The notes below the pieces were generated by a model. That model made no database searches. It saw nothing but the letters and a program-made list of their open reading frames with translations, and had not been told where the DNA came from. Shown here in pieces: positions 54,901-64,000 of a stretch of 64,000 nt of DNA (within the stretch, counting starts at the first letter, position 1; each line of letters begins with the position of its first letter). Source of the DNA: Cycas panzhihuaensis (Eukaryota; Plantae; Cycadophyta); NCBI GenBank assembly GCA_023213395.1, contig CM041465.1, forward strand, positions 135,229,741 to 135,293,740. Direction: 5' to 3'. Made by a program: the position numbers and the translations under genes.

Positions 54901-55679
54901 ATTCTCTTAACTTCCCCTTTTCATCGAGTGCTTCATATGTTATCATAATGCCATAATAATAAAATCAAATCCACGCTTATTATAATTCAACATGTGTTAT
55001 ATACCTTTAAATTCTCTATCAAATACCTATCATTTTTTGTTACTTTTTATCATCATATAAATCTATTATTTGTTTCATATACTAACTAGGTACTAGCTAC
55101 CATTTTTCTCTCACGGGATGATCAATCTTGCTTGGGCTATTATACTCTTATAAATAATTTGTTGCTACTAATTATAAGACTTGGTGAGGTGTCTACTCTT
55201 ATAAAATCTCTATCACTTTTATAGGTAGATGACGCATATAAGTAAACACAACTGACAATAATTTACTCTCACATATTTATCACTCACTAGATTTGATTCA
55301 TACACCTACATGTTCATGAATATGTGTATATAATATGTTTAAATAATGTCCATATAAATTAATATATCATTAGTTTTTCTATTTCTTCATGTGACTTTGT
55401 CTCATTTATATGTAGCTTCAATCACTTCTTCATCTAGCCCTTGAATTTCATTCATATGTTATTGGCATAACTAGCATATTTATCTTTCTTGGTTCATCAA
55501 ATATACCTTTTAATTGGCTCTTATATTGGCTCCTATATTGGATCTATTACTGGCTCTGTAACTGACTCTGTCATTGGTATATTGGTTCATTAATCTAGCA
55601 TGTATAAGCTTTCTATGTACTTGCATAAGATCTTTTATAATATAGCTTTGATAAACTTATAACCATAACTTTAATACCA

Positions 55680-56165
55680 TGTTAGAATTTAGAATTGATG
55701 TTTAATATCATATTGTGATGTAGTGAGTATATGCAATGAAAATATAACAAACATGTATGAATAATATATTATCTTATGAGGAATGTACACATATAAAGTA
55801 ATAAACATAAATTATAAGATAGATCAAGCATTCACCACATAAGAGATGACTGATTTATACATAAAATATTTAGTGTGGGAAAAACCATGAGAGATGGTGG
55901 GGTTTAGAGCTCCTTTTAGATATTATAATGAATACATATCTAGGTCAAAGACCTTTATCTCTCAAGTTCTCAAGTAGTGTGTGTATATATTTATATAAAT
56001 AGTCACCTCATGGGTAACTTATTATTTTTTTGAGCCTTTGCATCATCCAATAGTATTTGTACATGGATATATATGCATTTCACATCTTTCAATGTCTTTA
56101 GTAAGTGAAATTTTATTCACAACATTAAACATTAGATATATGAATAATATTCATATATTTCAACA
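55680..56165 (-). mobile_element. Copia-type LTR preceded by a decayed PBS; AT-rich internal sequence probably extends to ~52000
   Basis: ACTTTAATACCA (55668-55679) followed by TGTTAG...TTTCAACA, with a GGGAAAAACC motif. A 12-bp tandem repeat lies at ~55514-55590. Confidence 0.55.
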
Positions 56166-56775
56166 ATAAAATCAATCTAACTATTAAAGCATCCTCAAAA
56201 GGACCAAATAATACTAAAAAAGTCAAAGTGTGAGGGGATTGATTGGGTATATATGCATAAAATACCATCTCTTCTATGCACCCATCTTATACAATTAATC
56301 CCCCTAAAGCTAGATTAACTTACCCTAACCCCGATTCCTAAACAACCCTAAATGCCAAACTCAATCTAGAAGAAAAAGGAAGGGACTGTTTTAATTAACT
56401 ATGCATTTCTTTAGATAATGACTATGTCTCTTGCCTTTTATTTATTGCTAAGTTTTAGCTACTTGACTATATGGTAGTATAGAGGTTGTTTGGCATTATG
56501 AGTGATTGAAATCATACTGATTATACTTGTGCTTGACTTATACTACCAATGATTAAAAGATCATTATAGTGTTTAATGAATTAAGGCCCATTTGAAGTGC
56601 TCATAATTCATTCATTGTATTAATTTGGTTGCTGAATTCATGACATTAATTTCTCTTTAATTGTCCCTCTAATGACTTAATTGGTTTTTTTTTGGATCAA
56701 ATTATTGTTTCATGATACCTTTACCCTTTGGAATTTTTAAATTTTAGCAAAAAAAATCTTTATTTCTACTAAAAA

Positions 56776-57055
56776 ATATTCATCATATTTTTTTATAATA
56801 TTTACTATATTTTTCATAATATTTGTCATATTTTTGGTAATATTTATCACGGCTTTTTTAACATTTATTAAAATTTTTCCAATTGTTATCATGTTTTTTT
56901 TCTATTTATCATGTTTTTTATTATTTGTCATATTTTTTATTGATTGTCACATTTTTCAAAGCATTTGTAATATTTTTTATTGTTTATCATATTTTTTACA
57001 CCATTAGTCATGTTTTTTGTAACATTTATTATATTTTTCACTATTAATCGTGCTT
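56776..57055. repeat. AT-rich ~20-bp tandem repeat (AATATTTATCATATTTTTT-like) within a probable large LTR (~56200-58500)
   Basis: About 14 degenerate copies, with a downstream CTATAAATAGG at ~57188. Confidence 0.75.
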
Positions 57056-58499
57056 TTCATCTTTCTGCCTACAAAAAAGAATTTATGAATAGTGAGCCAC
57101 CATTTTCGCCATGAGGATTTCTTCCTTATGGGTGCTCATTGCTCCTCTTCCCCCTAATTTTGCTACTAGTTTGTCCATAATTTCTTTCTATAAATAGGGT
57201 ATCATTCTTTAAAGTGATCAAGTAGAAGAAAATGGAGTTTGAGAATCAAGCATTAAAGTTCATAGCTTTGAGCTAATTTCATGTTAAATCTTGTGTAGAA
57301 TTTTAATTTTATTCTTGAAAGTCTATATTCAAGCCTAAGCTTGAGGAGATTTTGAGGAAGAGATTAATTAATATTATCAAACTTCCTTAGGTTCTGAAGT
57401 AGCGTCGAAGTTAGAAGAAGGCTTTCTCTTTCAACTTTGCACTTCTTCCAAGCCTAAGCAAGCTTTAGGAAGTTTATGTTGAAGCATTTCCTTCTTTGTT
57501 CTCTCCTTCTTATCTTCATATTCTTCCATTCTCCTATTCTTACTCTTTTTCTTCTTAAGATTTCTCCCTCCTTTCTTCTTCATTACCCTCTTCCTTCTTT
57601 CAACTAGATTGAAAGACTAATTTAGGAGTATATTATGGGCCAAGGACCCTGATATGAGGTACTTTTCCCCTTCTACAAGTTGTTCTTCTCAAGTAAGTTT
57701 CTCGTCATTTGAGTCATTTCCCTTTGTGCTTGCTCATATTTGAAATAAGATAGTAAAAAGAAAAGGATAGATTTATTTTTAGTTTTATTTTTATCAAGTT
57801 GCCATAGAGTCTTTCTTTAGTTTTTAATAGTTAGAATGTTTTTTTTCCTCTTTTAAGTTCTTAATGAAAAAACAGGTTATCATTTGAAGGCCTTCATAGG
57901 CTACATCATTAAGTCATCTTCTTTAGTCCTTTTTTGCTCTCATAGCAAATTTCTTTTTATAGATATTTCTTTGAGTGCTCTTAACTTGTTTGTTAAGTTC
58001 TTTTTAGGTTAAATTATCCCTTATTGCTTCTAAGTTCATTCACTATTCAAAGGTGCTTATAACAAATTCTTGCTAGGTTAGTCATCTCATCATTTTCTTA
58101 CAAATATCTTAAGTTTTTTTTATATGAAACAAAGAAAGGAAAACCCTAGCTAGGATAATTATAAGTACAATAAAAGAATCCTTTTAATTTCTCTATGTTT
58201 TACTTTATTCCCTTTTCAAAAGAAGAAAAGAAAAAGTGCATTGTTATTACATTAGGTTGCATTCACATCATAATAAAAAGAGTAATTATAGTTGCATCTG
58301 TAAATTAAAGAGCACTTAGCCTATATTAGGGTATACACTCAAATTACATTAGGCTTAAATTACTTTGCTTTATATTTTGACTATCTGCCCATGCAAATAC
58401 AAAGTTACATATAAATTTATATTTGGGATTGCTTACTTGTTGGTCCCCCTAGGATAGGCTCACTTATATTTGTTAGTACCTCATTTATTGACTTGGTAG

Positions 58500-61400
58500 T
58501 GATACCCCCAATATATCAACCCTAATATAATTTCTTTCAGGAATTCTTTTACACTTGGTCAAAAAACTAAAATATAGAGCACAAATGGAGCATAAATGGA
58601 CACAAAAATAGGCACCAAAAGTTTTCACCAAATGGGCGACAATAATTTCTCATTCAAAAAACTAGCTTCTTTCATATCCATAAGGCCATAAATAAGAAAA
58701 ATGGCCATTTAGTCAATGAATCTTATTGAAGAGGTATTTGACCTTTATTTTTATTGGTAGTCCCAAGTGGCCCATGTACACATTTTAATAGCTAATATTA
58801 ACATCCACCTTTTACTAGCAAAAAGTACCTTCATAAGGGTTCTACCAACCATTAGCAATTATGTAATAAGTCCCCTCCCTTAAGACATTGATTCCTCGTA
58901 GCATAATAGATATGGATATTACTTGGTGAATTCATCTGGTTCCCATATTACTTCCTCCAATATGCTGACAGTCCATTACAATGTATGGTTTAGAGGAACT
59001 GTTAACAGTTATTCTTCAATGAGAATTAGGAGAGTGGTCTATGGGACAATGGACTTAATAAGGAACTTTTAAAGGCACGAGACATGGAAGATGTTATGGA
59101 TTTTGGTGTCATAAAGGAGTTCAAGGGCATATGCATCTTCCCCAATACATTGGCTAACCTTGTAAGGACTATATTAACAAGGACTAAGTTTATGATTTTA
59201 TGCTATAATAAAGTGACTATTGCTTATGGGGTTGGAGGTGAACAAAGACCATATCACCAATGGAAAAGGCTTGATCAGAGCAGTGGCAATCGGTAAATTA
59301 CTTCAAATGTTTCTAAGCCATAGCCAAATTTTGTTTGACTGTGTTTAGGATTTGTTCTATGTTTGCAATTTTTGTTGTACTAAGGCTATATACAAGTTAG
59401 TGGCCAATGTATAGTGCGATGGTAGGGGATAACCATAAGAGGCCATGAATAAGGACATGCCAATTATAGAGTAATGGGAAGAGTTATACCAATATTCCAC
59501 TAAAGCTAGCAAGGAGGTCCATCATTTTTGGTATTTAGATGTAAAACAATAGAGATATATCTCTAAGGTTTGATTGAGGACCTCAAATTAACCATCTATC
59601 TAGGAGTGGTATGAGGAACTCATGTTAAAGGTGGTGCCAACTACATGAAAGAGTTCATACCAAAAGAAATATATAAATTTAGGATCCTAATTAGAGAGTA
59701 TAATGGATAGAAACTCATAGAGGCAAAAAATAAATTGGATGTAGAGGTTAGCCAGGTGGGGGGCTTGGTAGGATATGTGGACTGGTAGAAAGTACGCATA
59801 TTTTGTTAGTCGACTAATGATTACCCAAATGGAGTCATTCCCAATTAAGGGTGGAAGACTTGTGATGAAGTCCATCGTAATATCTTGCCATTTACCTTGC
59901 GGGATTTGAAGGGGTTAGAGGAGCCTAGGTTGAGCCTTCATGTTTATCTTATTGTATTGGTATATGCCATATTTTGCTATGAAGGTTAGTATAGAAGATT
60001 TCATTTAAGGCTAGTAGAAGTCAAAGTAGATACAACGATAGTTTTTTTCAAAACCTGAGTGACCTCCAAAAGAGGTGGTATGGTACTCGATCAAGATATC
60101 AAGAATAAAGGGGGAGGATGGATGGACAAATATTCTAATTTTGTAGAGATGGCGGGTGTTATGCAAGGTCCAATCCTTCTTAGTGAGAATTTTTTAGGAC
60201 TACTTATTGAAATCAAGTTAGGATTAGTTGTCATCAACTAATTCTTAGAGCCGCATAGGTTGAGAGGAAGAGATGACTTATAAGATGGGCTCATAGGGGT
60301 CCAAAGGGAGAAGAAAGAGCATTGACTATAATATTTTCTTTACCATTTTTGTAAGATATAATGAAGTCAAACACTTAGAGGTGATCAACCCACTTTACTT
60401 GCTCTTCATAAAGAACAAGTGGTCAGTTAAAATAGTGAATTTAAATCCTAGTAAATATTGACACTACTTATCAACTGCATGGAGGATACCCTTCATTTCT
60501 TTTTGGTAAGTTGAAAGTTGAAATTCATGGTCTTTTAGTTTTTGAATTTCAAAGGCAATTAGATGAAAATCTTACATGAGAATAACTCCTAAGCCTACGT
60601 CAAACACATCACATTCAAGTTGGAATAGTTTAGAAAAGTTTGGAGTGGTCAATATAAGGGTGGTGGACACGAGAAATTTTAGATAGTTGAAGGCATCATT
60701 GGCATTAGGGGACTAATAAAAGGAATCCTTGTGAAGAAAATTAGTTAGGGGTGTGGTAATAGAAGCATAATTTTTAATGAATTGTTAATAAAAGCCTATG
60801 AGTCTAAGGAAATCTCATAGTTGAGTAAGAGTCTTAGGGGTGGGCCATGTGATGATGGCTGAAAGTTTATCAGGGTCCACTCGAACACCTTTTACCAAGA
60901 TGATATAGCCTAGATATTGGAGTTTAATCTTCCTAAATTCACACTTATTCAGTTTAACATAGAGTTTATAATTAGGAGAGAAGTTGAAGGCTAATTTCCA
61001 GATGCTTTAGATGGGCAGACATATAGGAACTATAGATAAGGATATTATCAAAAAAGACAATCATAAACTTACAAAGGTGGCAACCCAAGATCATGTTCAT
61101 TAGACCTTGAAATATAGTCAGGGTATTTTACAATATGATGGGTATAAGCTAAAATTTAAAATACCCATGGTGTATTCAAAAAGTAATTTCATGATGATCT
61201 TTAGGAATAATAGGGATCTGATAGTAACCTGATTGAAGGTCTAATTTAGAAAAGATATTGGCCTCATAAATTTCATCCAACATATCATTAATGTGAGGAG
61301 TAGAAAATTTATTTTTAATCATGAGTTTGTTAAACTCTCGATAATTGACATAGAGGCTAAACAAGCCATCCTTTTTTCAGACAAGCATGATGGGAGTTGC

Positions 61401-61552
61401 ATAAAGGTTTTTATTGTGTTGGATTATTTCCATATCCATAAATTTTGTTATGATTCTTTTGATTTTATTTTTCTAAAAGTAGGAGTTATGATACAATCAT
61501 AGGTTAATGGGGTTATGGGGGTTTTAAAGCTCGATGGTGTGGTGGAAACCTT
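58500..61552 (-). mobile_element. Old chromovirus pol 3' half (RT, RNase H, integrase, decayed chromodomain) with PPT and 3' LTR
   Basis: IFSKLDLQSGYYQI and MDFITSLP. PPT at 58871-58884. Interrupted at 61552 by a younger element. The LTR left boundary is approximate. Confidence 0.85.
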
Positions 61553-64000
61553 TGTTACGACCCTTGTTCGTAACCAGGCCCAATCGTTAATTTACCCAAA
61601 AGAGTACACATGTGAGCATAAGAATACTTGATTTGATAAATAGTCAAAGACTGTATTTGATTGATAAAAGTTGAATTGATGTTCAGATTACATTTTGGGA
61701 CCAATTTTATATGCATATTGGGCCCTTTTACAAAAGGTTATGTCCTTTTAATAGCACCTATTCATTTAATAATTAATTAATTAATCTTTTTAAGGAGGCT
61801 CATAACAATTCCTCTCTCTTAAGATGTTTCGCCCATGAAACCTTCTCTTGTCAACTCGGGATGAAGTTTGATAAAATCGGAAGATTCCCATGAAGCATCT
61901 TCAATAGGTAGTTGTTTCCACTTAATCAAATATTCTCGAATAGTCTTGGACCGCAATCTACGTTCCCAGACTTCAAGGATGGCTTCTGGCAATAGAATTA
62001 ATTTGCCTTCTTCATCTAGGAGGGACAGTTCTGTCTGTACCTGTACACAATTTTTAATTTTTCTTTTGAGACAAGAAACATGAAATACATTGTGTAGCTT
62101 TGAAGTTGGAAGTTCCAAGGCATAAGCCACTTCGCCAATTCTCTATGTAATCTGGAAAGGTCCATAAAATCGAGGACTCAATTTCTGCTTTTGAGAAGTT
62201 TTCAATGATGCTTGCTTGTATGGTTGTAATCTTACACAAACTCAATCTCCGATTTCAAATATTCTTTCTGTACGATTTTTATCAGCTTGTTGTTTCATAC
62301 GGTTTCTGGCTTCTTCTAAATGTCATTTTAATATTTGAAGGATATTTTGTGATTCCTGGAGATAGTCGTTAACCGCTGGAACCTTATTATCCAATTTTAA
62401 CCAATCTTTTAATTGAGTTGGTTGATAGCCATATAATGCTTGATATGGGGTCATTTTAATGGACGAGTGGTATGAAGAGTTATACCATGCTTCAGCTAAA
62501 TGTAACCATTTGACCCATAAATGCTGCTTATCTGTGACATAATTTCGTAAATAAGTCTCTAACCCTTTATTAACTGCTTCCGTTTGTCCATCTGTTTGCG
62601 GATGATAACTGGTACTCATATTTAATCTTGTACCTACTTACCGAAACATTTCTTGCCAGAAATGGCTTAAAAATTTTGGATCTCTATCACTAATAATGGT
62701 TTTCGGAAACCCATGTAACTTATAAATTTCTTTGATAAATACTTCAGCTAACTGTTGAGCTTTGTAGTTAGATTGAATAGGTATAAAATGAGCAAACTTT
62801 GTTAAACGATCCACCACCACATAAATAGCATCTTTCCCTTCTGATTTTGGCAATCCAGTGATAAAATCCATGCTAATGCTTTCCCATTTTTATTGCGGAA
62901 TCGGAAGAGGTTGGAGCAACCCAGGAGTAGCAACACGTTCGTACTTATTGACTTGATATACAACACATTCAGCTACAAATTTCATTATATCTTTTTTCAT
63001 TCCTTTCCAGAAAAACGATTGTTTGACTCGCAAATATGTTTTATAAAATCCTTCATGACCAGCAGCGAGAACTACATGTGCTTCAATCAATATTTTGTTA
63101 CGGAAAGTTGATTTTGGTCCTAAGAATATCCATCCCTTATACCATAAAATATCATTCCTCCATTCAAAATTTTCTTCTTTTCCTTGTTAAATTCTTTGAA
63201 TGAGTTGTTCAATGTCAGGATCTTTCACATATTCTGATTGTAAATCCATGATCCATACTGGTTCTATCATTGAGACAGCTTTTAATTGAGACTCTGGATT
63301 CTCTTCTTCCTTCCGAGATAAGGCATCAGCTACTACATTATTTTTTCCCTTTTTATATGTTATATCGAAATCAAATGCCTGGATTTTCTTGATCCATTTT
63401 GTTGTTCAGGGATAGTTCTTTTGTTTTAATAAATATTGTGGTATTGTGATCTGTCTTGACTATAAATTTGCTACCTAATAAATACTGACGCCATTTAATT
63501 AAGGCGTGTATAATGGCTAACATTTCCTTATCATAAGTTGACTTGAGAATTTCTCGGCTGTTTAGCTTCCTACTCTCAAAAGCAATGGGTTTGCCTTCTT
63601 GCATCAGTACTGCACCAATTCTTGTTCCTGATGCATCACATTCTATTATAAAAGTTTTGGAAAAATCAGGCGTCGTAAGTGCTGGCAATTGGATCATTAT
63701 TTGCTTGATTTGTTCGAAACATTTTGTTGCTTCTTCATTCCATTGAAAAGAATCCTTTTTTAATAAACAAGTTAAGACAGAGGTTTTTTGTGCATAGTTT
63801 TTCATAAAGCATCGATAATATCCTATTAAACCCAGAAAACCTCAGAGTTTCGTAATCGTTTTGGGTATCGGCCATTCTTGAATTGCTTTAACTTTTCCTG
63901 GGTCAGCTCTAATTCCTTCTTTTGATATAAGATGACCCAGATATTCTATTTCTTTCATTCCAAAATAACATTTTGATTTGTTAGCATAAAATCTTTGTTC
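61553..64000 (-). mobile_element. Younger chromovirus: 3' LTR 61553-61807, PPT, chromodomain, integrase, RNase H, RT end (continues past window)
   Basis: TGTTACGA...TCATAACA termini, PPT 61808-61823, EYLIKWKQLPIEDASWE, MDFITGLPKSEGKD, YHPQTDGQTE and IECDASG. Few disruptions. Confidence 0.95.

Overview
Plant nuclear DNA, very AT-rich and almost entirely nested, degenerate LTR retrotransposons. The composition and element types suggest a large-genome seed plant such as a gymnosperm, which is inference only. No intact host protein-coding gene is visible. In order: (1) the 3' half of an Athila/Tat-like Gypsy element with an extra 3' ORF and a SINE in its LTR; (2) a CpG-retaining, non-TE-looking island at ~4.6-8.7 kb with local duplications and candidate splice sites; (3) Tat/Ogre-like Gypsy remnants, one rearranged into a ~3.1 kb inverted duplication around an inverted gag; (4) a complete non-autonomous Copia-type element (24399-32213, minus strand, with LTRs, PBS, PPT and TSD) carrying a 1.8 kb (TA)n tract and an antisense mosaic of captured host mRNA pieces (ATP-citrate lyase beta, G-protein beta, probably importin beta); (5) a near full-length Copia gag-pol (33.2-40.6 kb, minus); (6) several chromoviruses of different ages. 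All calls were made by eye and from remembered family motifs. No alignments or database searches were run.
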